Of a DNA stretch of 64,000 nt, positions 15,501 through 30,500 are shown in pieces; the first letter of the stretch is position 1, and each line of letters starts with the position of its first letter. The stretch is taken from assembly GCA_040954595.2 (NCBI GenBank), contig CM082592.2, forward strand, positions 4,852,735-4,916,734. The letters are read 5' to 3'. Source of the stretch: Balanoglossus misakiensis (taxonomy: Eukaryota > Animalia > Hemichordata). The notes beneath the pieces were generated by a model. That model had not been told where the DNA came from. It was given only the letters and a program-made list of their open reading frames with translations, and searched no databases. The position numbers and the translations under genes are program-made.

Positions 15501-18500
15501 AGTGAATGAGGTTCAGTCGCTGTTTGCACCTGCACCCATTGCAAAATAGGTCGGGAACATCCACGAAATTCAAATGGATGAAACCACGTATGCAACATGG
15601 TGGGTTAAAGATACACGGTCACCTGTGGAAAATTGTCTACAGTTACCATGGTAAACTTGAGATCTAGCCAATCACGGATTTTCAGTGGGTGGCACACGCG
15701 AGAAAAAGAGCGCCACCATACGTTCTTTAGAACTCTCAAATACGCCGTTTCTGTCATATATGGGCCTATGTAAATTGGAGGTGACCGTATACCTTTAACA
15801 CAGTACTCAGTACAGTTCAGGTAGGTGAAACCATTCATGCTGCGGGGGGAGTTCAGTCAGTAGAGCGAGTCACCCACCTCGTGTTCGCTATCGGGGAACC
15901 TGTCCTCCACCCTCTTCCTCAGCTGCTTGAAGGCCAGTCGCATGACGGGCGGGCATCTGTCCACCGACATCAATATACAGTTGATGATGGACACCAGGTA
16001 CGCTGTCAGGGTCGCCGTGCTCTGCTCCAGCATCTGGTTGGCACTCAGGGCTTTCACACTCAGCCTCCTGTGTGGAGGAAACATAGCGCGAACATATTAC
16101 ATTAAGGTAGAATGTGCCACGAAAAACGGTCTCAAGTTTTTTCTTGTATTTTGTCTGGTACATGTATTTGAATGACACCAGAGGTGACACACGCACACAA
16201 TGTACACACAGACACACACATACACACAGTTCAATGACAGTCACCACTGTCTGTTTTATTAACTGCATGGACGGTTTGAGAAGACTTACAACATACAGCA
16301 CTCAATTGCTGCCCTAAAGGTTAAGCACTTTCTCATTTAGTGAAGGGTTAAGTACGATCGCTATCTCATTGAGTGAAGTACTGAGGTCTGCGCGGGTCGT
16401 AATCATCACCGCAAGTGAAGCATAAAAAGTCATCTCAGTTGCCACTCATCATCATAAATTCAGCGAGAATTCATACACACATGGCTCTTAATTGTAATGT
16501 ACGGTATACTGGGGCTTAATGCAATGGTCCCTAAAGAATACCAGCTGGTCAGTATGTGAGCGGGCTGGCGGGGGTGAAATTGGTCTAAGAATGCAAGTGT
16601 GTTTTCCTCAATTTCTATCTGCCATGGCCAGTCATTCAAATGTTTGCAAATTTCACTGCAACTGGTTCTAAAAATATAAATCAAACTTGCACATCTGCAC
16701 TATAATATGGGAAAATTTTGTACAACAGGATTATGCCAAAAATTATCGCAGTTAACAGGTGTGTATAATAATTAAAGACATTGATAACGTGCAAGAGAAG
16801 AATTATTCACGTCAGAGAAAAATTATGCATGTCGGAAGAAAAGGCCACTACCCACCTTCTGAGAAGATCAAACTTATCAGGGTCCAATTCCAGCAGCTTG
16901 CGTTCGTTGAATATCTTATCAATCACAGGTCCCAGCGTCTCGTGTAAATAGGGCATTCCGATGACTTTCATGAATTGGTCCACCGACTTGGTTGCTAGGG
17001 AGTTGCCACGGAACAAGGTATTGGTATCCTCTGTTGCGAAGGGAAACAATGGAATGTTTGAGGAATATTTTTTTTTTTATTTCGAAAAATGGGATGAGTA
17101 TCTGAGCAAACTCAAGCATAAATTATTTAAGAATTAAAGATTATACTGGATGTTGTATTGGGGATTTGTCAATTCCTTTTATCCCCCTTACAATAGAATT
17201 AGAACTCCATTGGTATAACCTGGCTGTGAAACTGAATACCCTCCCTGCCACTATATTCACTTCTGACTTCTCTGCCCTAAATCTCCTTCTCATCAATTTG
17301 CAGACGTCTCGATCAGCAAAGTCTGAGCCTCAATACAAGCTAATACCTTTTCGTAAAAAAAAAGCGACTGTGTGTTTTCACAGCGAGTAATTCATCTCTA
17401 TCATTCAAGCCGCTTGCGGATTTCGAGTCTTTTCTCGATCGGCACAAAAGCAAAAAAGTCGTAAAATGTCAGGAAGAGTTAAACGCTGATTGTGAAGGAG
17501 CTCGATCGGGGATTTCCACTTGGGGAGAATAATTAGATTGGATCGCAGCTCTCCACACAGACGTCGTGTTATCTTTCTACTTGGCTTGGCAACACGAAAA
17601 GAGCAAAGACTGCCCCCCTCTGATAACGAAGGCTGATGGTGCCCTCGAAGGCAGTCATCACATCATATTATGAGTGTCATTCAGGCAGGAATGCATCTGG
17701 TGGTCTCGCGGATTAACATCCTTGATGAGAACGATCATTTTGTATGGGATGTGGGAGGCATCTCGTAAATCGGTATACCGTATGAAAGAAATAAGCAATT
17801 AGAAATTAAGACTTAGTCGCTGACTCAGAGTTTCCCGCTAGCTACATTGTTGTAACAATTGTACTTCTAGAATTTACCAGCACAGTTTACTGTAAAGTGG
17901 GAAATTTTTCTCAAATGATAACATTTCGCGAACTATGCGAGAGCAAAAAAAAAAAAATGCAAAAATAAAGAAGTTGCATAAAAATGTTTTTTGGGGATAA
18001 CGATGCAGTGAATTACCCCGGTATGAGAGACACCAACAAACAAAAACGTAACTGAGCCAGACCAATAGTCATAGCATTCATAAAACATACATTGTAATAC
18101 ACCGTACATATATACATTGACTTGCACAGAGAGATCAACAACAAAACACACACCCCTACATTTGGTCGGCAACAAGAGAAAGCAAATGACTCTGGGTGTA
18201 TAATAGAGAGTAATATAGCCGGCCTGAGGGATTTCGACGGCTTAGAAACTGTAAAGGTCGGGGTATAAAAAATCCATTACCTGTTCTGCTTGACCTTTTC
18301 CCTGTTTTAAGGCTGACTGAACAAACTATTAAGTTGATTATATATGATGGAAAATTTACCTGTGAGCTTTGGGGCAACCGTGTGTTTTATGTTATTATTT
18401 CTTAAAGACATTTCCATGCGATGTAAGAATCAGCGGTCCGTCTCTTTTATATGAATTCACACGGAAAACACGCGTTTTCAGTTGGTATTACTGTACGTGA

Positions 18501-21500
18501 CTTTGAAATCATCACATCAGATAAAGGCGTTTACAGCCAATGGAAGATTACGATTTCTTGGAATCTGTCGTGCGACGCAAAGTCACATGAGCAGGACGGA
18601 TGCATGAAATTTCTGTTAATTTGAAAATTTGCGTGAGCAGCACAAAAAAAGGTCGCATCTAATGATTTCAGAAGTGGTTATAATGATCGAGCCAGCCGTA
18701 TGTGGTCCAGGTAATTGCTAGCTCAAACATTCCTACTGGTTTGGTTGCCATGGCAATGATAGAATTGTGTAATCCATATCTCTATGCATGATGTGCCTCT
18801 GTCAATGCTCTGCTAACTCACTCAATGTGAACACTGATTGGCCTCTTACGCAAACCCAAACTCAACTTTTTGTAGAATATATTGATTTCATGGATGTTTT
18901 CACCGAAAATTTTAATGGCTATGTGGCTGACAAAATATTTACACCTATAAACTTGTAATATCTCCTTTAAAAAAAAACACGAAAAAATCATAACTCATCG
19001 AAACAGCTACAAGTCATTGAAGGATGGAAATCCATGATTGAAACACAAAACAAAACAAAGCAAAGCAAAACAAATATACTGAGAAAAATAAGTCATTAGT
19101 TACATTTACTGACACTTACCTTTGTAAGAGTCAAGACAGCGAAGTGATTCAACTACAACATATTTTATCACTTGCCTGCCAAAACTGGGTTCAAAATCTA
19201 TTTATAAAATGCATTTTTTTCCCATATCACAATGACTTAAAGCGCCAAGATGGTGTTGCTCACGACAATGATAAAAATGTTGAGAGGACACAATCTTCAA
19301 AGAGAAACAATCATTCAAAAGAAACAAACTTCAACTTTTGAGGCACTCACTAGCTCTCTTGACTTCTTGGGTGATAAGCACATCTAGAAAGGGTAGCACC
19401 ATTCCTTGGCCCAGGAAGATTTTGACGAGCGTTGTGGCTACTTCCATCTTGTCCAGCGTCATTACTTCTTCTAACATATTGAGTGGCGTTGGTCCCTCAG
19501 GCTAAAAAAACAACAACACAACCAGAGGATCAACATGGAGAGTTTTTGGTTCCGGAGACTAAGGCGTGGACTACCCAGACATAGTGCATGGTTAATATCA
19601 CACTCCATAGCCTTATACATGTAGAATTTTGAGAAAACAGTGTTACAATATTGTCATTTTCTTGAACATTCCACAAAAGGTGCCAAAATTATTAATTGAT
19701 ATAAAGAAAACACTATGTCACCGTGCTTGATCTTTTGACAGAGCTGTTCAGATATTTTCGCCATGAGAAATCTATAGCATTATGAGTGCAAGAAAAGTGC
19801 TGACTCAGCATTTTAACATTTTAGACCCCTAACTGAAAAAGCAGGATGGAAACACACTGTTTTCTCTTTATTTTTGTATTTAAAATTCACTGATATACAA
19901 GATATAAACAAATCAGGAAAATTACAATATTCTAAATTTTGAGCAGACCACTACCCACTCATATTTTTTTCTGAAAACTAAGTCTCAGTGAAGCAAACAA
20001 CACGACTACTTTTTTCTTGAGAATCAAACTGGCATGCAATTTCCCCTTTCAATAGAGATTGTCAACAAAACCTCACTGAAATCCCTACGTGTCTCTTTTG
20101 AATATACCGTACAACTACAGTGTACATGATGTAATTCCAAACCATCAGGCTGTTCCACAGCTATCAGACTACATGTACACACAAGAGTTGATGAATTTAC
20201 TCTGTAGACCACGTGATGGTGTCCTTTTTTTAACACACTGTGTAAATTCCACTTGAAACGCTTAAATGAATTCGTTCAACATTTTTTTCTCGATTGCTTC
20301 CATCTGTATCCATGGCGACAGATTTGATGAACGTGTTTTGCATAAAAGGGAGCATGTTTTAATTCACGTACGGCCAGACTTGTACATGAAGGACCTAGGC
20401 ATACCTGGATTTTCCATTCACACAAAGATCAGAACTGCAGCATCTGGGCTTATTATTTCCCTGAATGCAGCCTGCGCGTCAAAATTATTTCTGTCAGACT
20501 ACACCTTTTAAAAACATCCAACATGGGCTGACGTCATTTTCCATGCCACGTTATGTCAATAATAAAAAATCTGTTGCATTTTCACATTTCCTATACAACT
20601 TAGCCAATGTGACTACATGGGACTACGTTTAAAAACATGTTGTGTTGTATTTAATCAAGTGCCAATCTAATTTTCTCTGCCATGATTGATGTACATACAT
20701 GTACCGATTAATGTTTAGAATGCTTGATTCGATCAAGCGTGTTCTACAATGTGCATTTCACTAAATGCATGTTTTGTACCGTGTGAATTCTCTGTTTTTT
20801 TAAAACTATTTCATTTACTTAAGAATGAATGTGAGGTACATGTATACAGGGTTTACACACACAAGTTGTGGGACTCATATGATCTGAGAGGATTAACCCT
20901 TTCACCCCCAGTTCCCTCTTTAAAGGTCCGACCTTACCACAGAAAACAACAGATTTGGACTGAACCATGGTAGCGAAAGGGTTACACAAGGAATGAACAT
21001 CAGCTTTTGAGTGAAATAATGATTCAACTTGACAAGTGTGCAAAGAAAATCCAGCTCGTAAGTCTTTTCAAACACTGAGCAAAGTCACGATCAAAACACA
21101 AGAAATCGCAGAAAACAAGATTTTTTCGAAAGACCAGTAATTGCCCAGAAGCTGTGTTCATCGCACACTTAAATATCCTTAGTCGTGAACGCTGTAAAGC
21201 GAGGGGGCAGTTCACCACAGCGTAAGTAGATAATGACTTCCGAATATGTATTCATTTTGGCGAATACATGCAGGATGTTTTCATGTGTTGGATACGATAG
21301 CAACTGAAATTGTGTGCTATATGTGAAAATAGCAAAATGCAAACTGTAATTACAGGGACAATTTTGTTAGATAATAATAGATTTTCAACTGAAAACAGCA
21401 TGACGTAGTCTTTTGGAATTTGTGATGCATGTTCTGTACATATAATGCCACTTTGAAAGCAAAATCTCGGTTAATATAACTCAGTATGAGTTTTATGCCT

Positions 21501-24500
21501 TTAGGTAAGTGATTGTGTATACAAGGAGGTTTATGGAATTAAACCATACATTTTGCTGTACAACTCTGGGGTGCCCATCAGGCCAATGAGTTTTACGACA
21601 AACTGCATGGTTTTATTCTGTAAACCCATGATTATGAGGTTGCTTTTATTACCATACCAGTATTATACCATAATTTTGGCATGTTTCAGGTATTTAAGAG
21701 AGTCGAAAATACAAGAGTAGGGGGCCAGTGGCATTTTTTCGGATTTGATATCATAGCTCTAGCTTGAGTGTAGCCACAACAAGTTTGCTGTTTATTTCCA
21801 ATTAAATCAGACTGCTGAAAACAAAGAAAGTGTCTGGTTTACCTGTAAGCCAAACAGTTTCAAAGACAATCTGGTTTATTAGTAAATCGAACACTCCGAA
21901 ACAAAAAAGGTAAAATAGGAAGAGGTTATGAAAGAAGAGGTGGGAATGAAAAACAGAGAAATATTAGGTTTTACAAATTCACCCAGTTAAATAATTTTGT
22001 CTCTGTTGATAAAAAAACCAAGAATGTGTGATATTTACCTGTGCTTGGGACACTGATTCTACTAAAAGATCTATGAGTGGTTGATAGTACTGAGATGGTA
22101 GTATTCGTTCCTCAGAACACCTGACCTTTAACCTCAAAGAACCAAGATCTGGCCTGCGGGCAGAGGAAAAGAAACAAGATAGAGTTAATGACATCTGTAT
22201 ATTATTTAAATCATTTAATATCCTTTTTTTGGCTTGAACAGAAAAGATGCACCTGTAGTGTATATTTGAACCAAATTACGATTTGAAATATTTAAGCATG
22301 AATATATTTTATCTGCAGTTTAAAATGAGGCAATAAATTCGGATCAAAAAAATCCTCAGTTATCAATGTAAAATACTAGAAAATATTTCAGCTTTACAGT
22401 TTTCTAATCTGAACAGGGCTCATGAATCATGTGTGGAAATTTAAAAAAAAAAAACTGTCAGAAATGGCCTGTGTATATACCTGTACACATAAGCTGGGCT
22501 ATATCCCTCAATGATGTTTCTCTTTCAACCGCCTAATGATTAGGTTACAGCCACTTGACATGAAATACAACGGCCACTGGATAGCTCTCAGCAAATTGAA
22601 TTTGCGCACTGGGGGGAAAAATGCTTCCTTCCTGATTGCGAAGATGCTGTAAGTTTGATTCGATTCAATCAAGGAAATGCGCTAGCTTTGGGTGAGGGAG
22701 CCATAATTTGTTGCGACCGGAGGGCTTTTTTGTTAAAAACAGTCAACTGAATGATTTGTGTTTATTCTTGGGAGTTAACTTGAAAGATTTGTTTTAGCGC
22801 GAGGCGGGATTTTTATCTCAGGGAGATGATACCTGGTTGGTTCAAGGCATACTGTATGTGTGCCTGTTGGAGCACTCACACAGTCAACTATCTGCAGCCA
22901 GAGGGATTTGTTAATCTTATAGCGTGGGTTTGGGTGTTGTGTTATTTTGCAAGATAAAACTTTAGAGATGCTGACATTAGCCAGAGGTTACGTTAACTCT
23001 TCGCTCGGTAACCTAAGGGATTTGTCTCTTATCTGCTCAGTGTCGCCAATTCGTGTTTACTGGAGGGAAAATGCGTACCAACTGAACTAATAAATGTAAA
23101 CAGAGTACGCAGGGAGATTTGTTAGACATGTGAGTCGGTGTGCATCTCGATTCACTGTAGCTCATGATTGAGATATTGGTAAATTTTGCCGACTGGTCAC
23201 TTGGCGTTTGATTTTCATCAAATGATCCATTCTTGACTGTAGCTTATGGCATCAAAGCAAACAGCACCCAAACATGAATACAGCAGGCAACCCATTTCTA
23301 CCAAAATCTACGATGAGAAATCTTACATTTCCAAGTTACATATTAAACCTACCCGTCCTCATCCTCTTCGATTTCTCTAGGTTTCAGCCTCAGCCACTCG
23401 TCGTACGTCCTGTTGGGTTCAAGGTCGGCAGGATGCAGTTCAATGCGCCCCATGTAGTCGTTATTTCCAAGCCTGTCCCAATCCCACACTATTAAGTGTA
23501 TGACTGCGTCTCTGAGCGGTTTTGTGATCTCAAAGTCAAAGGTTTCGTACCATCGGGGAAACCGTGTTCTTCTGATGGTCTGCAAGAATTCCAATGTAAC
23601 ATAAAGTGGAACAATATAAAATACTGTTAAAAATTAAAGCTGTTTTCACATGGTAATCAGTCAAACTTGTTTCGACTCTGTTATTTGCATTCTTACATGT
23701 GTGTTAACTTGAGCATGTTTGTGATAAACCAATTTTGAAAGTATAGCTAGATTCTTCTAAGTAGATTTAACAATTAGTCTAGTTTTTATTTTGCCTAAAG
23801 TATGTTAATGATATAATTGTGATAACTTCAATGGGACAAAGCTACATGTACACCTTGCATCACCATGGTGTTTAAACTTCAAGTCCGGAAGTCCAACCTG
23901 CAAAACTAGCAAGAGAAATTTCCAATTTCCCGAAACCTCAAAGTTGACATTTTTTACTACACAATATGTTGGCAGGTTTCTCAACCCCAAAGGACACAAA
24001 ATAATGAAGACATCTGCCAACGTTACCTGTGTACTCTTATTGGTCCCATTGTAGGTAATTTTGGCAAATGGATCTGAAGTACCAGTCTTGTCCTTGGCTG
24101 CAAGGTCCCTGTGCAAGTGATCAAAGTAAAATAGCATTACGTTATTGGCTGAGATGCAGGGATGCATTATGGGTAGCCAGCAGTGCCCAGAGAATATACT
24201 ATAACTGAGAATGTTATGCTGAACTGGTCAAACTTCTGACGCCTGTAATTTGCTTTCTGTATTTGATTCTTACGCATCACTTGGCAGTCGTCCGGTTACA
24301 CTCCTGTCCAGTTCAGTTGTCAAGGTGACCAATTTCCCTTGATTCTCGTTATTCTTGGATCAATCGAGTAATCGTATCTCCTTTTCAAATATCGCTATTA
24401 TAATAAACCCTCATGAATTGCAGTATTTGTTGCCAAGAGCACGCTGACTGACTTTGTATACTTTATCAGGCGTTACTCAATGAGGCTAATTTTGCAGTCC

Positions 24501-27500
24501 AATTTATCGCACATTTTGTCGCTTATTTCTGGTTCATTGCTTGATTCTTGCTTGTTTAATCTGTGGAGAGGGTTTCAGAGCTGTTCCTCAGTTCTGCCAA
24601 ACTCTCTAATGACAATAAGAGCCATATAATGACTCGATCTACGTTCATAATTGCCGTACCTCATACTTCCAGTACCAATTACACCTCTATAGAACACAGT
24701 GGCGCACAAACTGGCAGAAGGCAGGGTCAGGGTGAAGTGCAGATTTGCGAAAAACAAATGGCGGAATTCCTCTCGCTCTGATTAAATCTGGAGATGAATG
24801 ATGCTGAGAATGTTGGGTCTAATTCTTTCTCTTGAAAACTAAAGTTGAGCACTGGATGAAGTATACATGTACAGTACCAGCTTTTTTTTTCAGTGTACCA
24901 GTACGTGCCCACGGAGAGTTTGACTTGCACGTCGAAATCAATAGCGATTAAATGAAAGCGGCGTCATACTGTTTTTGTTCCGAGAAAAGCGTGACATCAC
25001 ATGATGAGCATGTGTTTTCTGACGTCCCTGATATGTACATGTGGCACGTACATGAGTATGGGAAAGATATAAAGGAGATTATGGAACCACTGTTTGTTTG
25101 ACCGAACGACAACCTGCAGTGTAGGCTATACGTCTGCGTGGTTGCAGAATTCACTAAAGTTCATGCATTATACAAGCACTAGGCGTAATACTGTAAGACA
25201 TACATTATACCGTTGTTGTTTTCTCTCTCTATTCATTTGCCAATTACATCAAGAAATGTGTTTCAGGAGACAGCCACTTAATAGAAATCAGATTATTATC
25301 AGATGTAGGGTACGGCGACGTCTTTTACTTGAGTACATGATACGGTATTCTTATGCTGTCATATCTCACCAGCGTACGAATACCGCCTACCGCCCAAGTA
25401 AAAGATGTCACTGTACCCTACATCTGATTTTAGTCAGATTGTCTTCAGACCAGCTATGTGTGAAAATTATAAATATTAAGCCACATTTTCACCTTTGCTA
25501 CAGTAGCATCACACAATAGATTTTCTAGTGAATGGAAAACTGTATAAAATTTGAGAGCTTGGGCATGTAAAATTACAATGAAAAACATACACATGTATGT
25601 TTTGAAGCTCACAATTGCACTTTTCAGCTAAAAAAAGTACACTGTATCTGGATCAAAACAAGCCCCTCAGCTGACCTAAATTTTCAAGAAGTATGTTTCC
25701 ATGGTTACAAATCCTGTCACATGCTTTTTCGTTCAAAACAGACAAAAAAGGATGATTTGTTTGTTTAGCGACTGACTGAATGATGCATTGAAATATCAGG
25801 GGCATGTACTTTTATACATATCTCATTGCAGTCCTATCATTAGCACACCCATCTGCGAAATGCTTCACCGGAAAAAAATACGATGATCATCTCGGATGAA
25901 GGACTTATTCAACTTCAATGATTCAAAGCCTAGAAATAATTTCCGAGTACCTGAATATCGATATATCTGTCAAGGACGAGGCTGAAGAGTGTACAACTGC
26001 AAGGCGCAAAGTAATCAGATTTTAATAAACTGTCTAATGGATGCGAAAAACTGGTTCAATTTATAGAATTGTTCACAGCGTTGTCTTCTGTTGTCTTGGA
26101 TACGGGTTTTATTACATAAACTCCTTACATCTTTTGTCGCGCACAGATTTGAGAAAATCTGAACGCCCAAGGATTGTAAGCGAATATGTAATTATAGTGC
26201 TGTAGGAACATCACTGAACCATAGTATGACCATAATGTGGTTTCAGCAGTCTTATGAAATTCAGTTCAGACAGTTTTGAACATCTGTTACGGTTAATTTA
26301 AGCAGGTAATGTGTGTACTACACAATCTCAACCTGCAGACAGAAAGACATAGCACTAGAAAATTTAGAGGAAAGAAATTGCTGAGTCATGATGAAATTGT
26401 TGCCCTTAAACTCTCAAAAGTGACGTCCGTCATTTGTTGTCGTATAAATACCTTGCCTCAATTATTTGGCATTTGAGGGTGTAGTGGTTGTGTTCTTCCA
26501 CCAGTGTTAGGTTGAGATGAACTTCACCTTGAACTTCGCTGTCTCGGTTGACTTTGCGTAATTTGAACCACTTCTCTGTACCTGCTGTAAGATGATGGAA
26601 AAAAAAGGGGGGAGGGAAAATAAAGTTAGAGAATTTCATTTTGACAGTCTACTAGTCATAGTTTGAGTACTTCTAAAAGAATTTCCATATCAATTAAATA
26701 TGAACGTGATTCTTTTAACCCCCTTGAGTGCCAGAAAAAACAGCTTTATAACAATTAGTTATATACCTTGAGTGCCATAAATAAACGTCATAAACTAACT
26801 GGAATCTATGGTTTCTCTGGTACTGTATATATGATTATATAGGTAATGGTAGTCAAGAGGTTAAATTTTCCAACATGCAAAGTTCAAAACAGCAGTGGAA
26901 CTCTTTGTTAAAACTGTATGATCATGAGAATCATTGCTCTGTGGTATTCTAAAAGACCCCACACATTTCTACGTACTTTTAAGCTAAATTTTCATGCAAA
27001 CTTTCAGTGGGAAAGGATGGAAATATTTGTTTTTCTTAAAAGCACTTCCACTGGAGTGTCTATTCTTCTCAGTAAAATTTCTCAAAAATGATTGATTTTC
27101 GACGAGGATACTAGCACTCCTCCGATCTCCTAGTGATATTTGTTTTTCATCAGTGAATCGCAGGATCCTCTTTCAAAAAGGGCACAACACTCTCTTCCTG
27201 TTTTGCGGCCTTGCTCTGTTGTCCAATCAATACAAGCAAGTGGGAGACGGGAACGATCTGCGTGTATCTCTCTCTACAAACACGACGCAGCCATCAATAA
27301 AAAAAGCCCAGCCGCACTGTGACAGTGAGTGCATGAAAAGCCGCAATTTTCCCACCCCATTCCGACTGGGAGAAAATCCTGTTCTGGAAGTCCCTGATCC
27401 TTGCGTTGTCACGGCAACCCTACAGAGTGCCGAAAGATGCACAGGAAGAGTGCATGTCACCTCACACCGAGATTCATTTCCTCAAAACACTGTCGCGTAT

Positions 27501-30500
27501 GTCGCTGGCGTGATATTTCACACGCGGCAAATGCCATTATGCGCAACGGTTCAGACGGGAGTCGCGCAGATTCTATCAGACTTTCTGGGGTTTCACTTCC
27601 CCTTTAGATGGCAAAAATTATGAATTTCAGCGGAACAGCTTCACTCGGGTTAATTTACGCAGTCTTTCTTGCAAAAATGCCTGTATCTGTTATTATGATA
27701 TGTGCATATATGCAGGGATCAAAGTCTGCTCTCTCGATAGTAATGTGGGCCCGGGCTCTGTACATGCCCCTTTAAAACGTAGTCAAAATCCACACGGAGT
27801 AAAAATGCAATTCGCCCTTGTCACATGTCACGAGTGTAGTTTTGACTGTATAAGGATAAGGGAGGGAGGGAGGGAAGGAGGGGAGTATATAAAGAGCTGA
27901 AGAGGACTATGGGTTTTTTTTTCATTTTCATTGCCAAGATCACTCTTCCAGAAATTTCATTATCTATTCACTTTCGAGGAATTATCAAAGCATGAACTCA
28001 GGAGGATTTTAGGTCACGGCAGGCTGAAACATAATTCTTCCCATGAAATATTAATTCACAGTAGAATATCCATTAGGCCGGCGGCCATCGAAATATCAAG
28101 TTTAACTCAACGAGACATATGTATTATGTGTACCTGCAGAGTTGGAACTCTACAAGATGATGACTTCCGGGCTAGAACATTATTTCATTTTTTTATGTCA
28201 TTATTGTTTTTGACGTTATCGTTGTTGTATTATATATCACTTGCATCCTGTTTTGTTGAATACTAGTGGCGTACACATACAGAGCCATCAGTCAACCTAA
28301 AATGCAAATTGACCAGTATATTGGTTGACTTGTGTGTCAATTTGTTATTTTTCGTATCTCTCAGACCAAAATTACCATTTCGATCAATTAAAATTCCAAG
28401 ATGTCAAACACTAACATCAAAAGCATATACATGTATAGACAGGAAAGGACATAAGTCCATGCCAGGTCATGAACAATTTCCACTGTTGATATAGTGCAAA
28501 TACTATCAAGCAAACGATCGTAAGTGGAATATTTATAATTTCCCTTTGGAATGTTATCACTCTTTTAACTGATACCCGGAAATATTTTCTTGCAGACATG
28601 GGTGATGTCAATCAAAAAAAGCACATTTCCAAACCAAGATGGAATTTATGAGCAGCTGCATATATCGATAAGGAACGCACTCTTAATAGCTAAGCAACCC
28701 AGGGGAGTTGGGTTGATGAAAGTTTCAGATATTAGCTTAGTGTTCTCTACATACTTTGACAGAAGAGTGGAATCACTTCATGTATTCAATGTTGCTAACC
28801 AAAAACAGGGCATCGTTTAAATTGATTAGTGAAATATCCTGATACAAAACGGTTTCTCTTGAAGTTTCGAAAATGCATACATGTTATAGAAATGTCTTGC
28901 ATAAAAATTTGAAGGCACATACAATGTACATGTACATGTACTGTAATAAAAGAGGGCTAAATAATTCAATGGTGGGTGTCGATACACATGGGGGAGTCCG
29001 AGAACTGGGCAACCCAAACTCAACATCTGGTTTATCGGTGATACTGCCATCTTGGTTTCCTTAGCTGAACTCCACCTTATCTCCCTGGCACCCATGGGTG
29101 ATGGGATACGTCTGGCTGGACAGTGATTGCCGAGTGTGCATTTTCCTGCCCAGTGTTTATGCTGATAGCGTAGACCACAGCCCTTCTATAGGGACTGTGC
29201 TCAGACGCATGCATGAGTAAAGCTGTATGGCTCCGCGTGGAGTCCACATACATTCAACAAGATCAGTGACCGACAAAGACAATCAGTACAGCGAGAACCT
29301 TGAGTATTGATTCGACGACGTGGGGATATATAGACATGCTAAGTAAACTCATCTGGTCGATCGAGACTCTCGGATCAGTCACCGCGGTGAAACGGTCGGA
29401 GATCAAGTAATCATCCAAAAGTACGGAGTGATTGAAATAAAAGTCATTTGTCATGTTCAACCATGTACAATTTATCTGCGACCCAGCCATGGCTGAAACA
29501 ATTCTCTCCAAGGATTAGAGAGATTGGTTTGTGTCTACGCATACACTTATTAAAGACATTGCCTCGACAGACTGCATGATGCTCTGAATCAATGGTAACA
29601 GAAACTGGCACCATAGAATGAAGTTTGGTGTGTGCACTTGAATCGATCTACCCCCTTCACAGCCTGACCACCTGTTGATTCAGAACTTACGATGACTGCA
29701 TTATGGGTAAGAAAAGTCCAAATCTCACTGTAGTAGCAATTTTTGTGAAATTGCAACCCACTTCTGGCAAAAAGTTCTGTCTCTGCAGAGTGCTTATTGG
29801 GTTCATTCAACTTTTTTCACATCAAACACAAATTTCATTCTTATCAAAATAATGACAGAAGACCATTATCTTGAAATTCTGTTGACCAAAACTGTCTGGC
29901 TAATTTGTTTAAGGAATAAAAATATAGTGCGTGTCTTGGTAATTTGCATCAATATTTAGGAAAATGGCAGTCAATAATGAGATATAGTTGAGATGGTTTA
30001 TGGATTAAGTAAATGGTTTGTGCGTGATGTCGCCAAGTTTTTTTTTTCAGGCAGAACTAGATTATCTTATCAAGAAGATGCTTCATTTCAGTCCCTTGTG
30101 AAATCAACTGAATCAATCCACGTTTTAAACTCAACCATGAAGCATTTATACACAATGAATAAATGTACACAACTATTATCCCTACACTAATTTTCCTGTG
30201 TACTGAGGATAACGATTTGTTAATTTGCAACCATGCATGGGTATAATCTCTCAGTAGTAGATGTGGATTTTGACTCTTAACAGAAAAGTAGAAACTAGAA
30301 AACTTGAGACAACTTGTAAACCATACAACTTTGTAAACCATGAATTTTTTATGGGAAGGACTGAACTTTGAGCTTCAACATTCTGCATCTATGAGAAAAA
30401 AAAATAGCTTGCCCTGAACAGGAAATGACAAGGATTTTCACATCACGACAAGGACTCACTGATCAAACTCTGACATTTGAAATCAAAGCATCGACTGCAG

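Noticed and set aside
16340-16450. tRNA-like or SINE head
   Set aside because: A/B boxes are too degenerate and no cloverleaf is evident.
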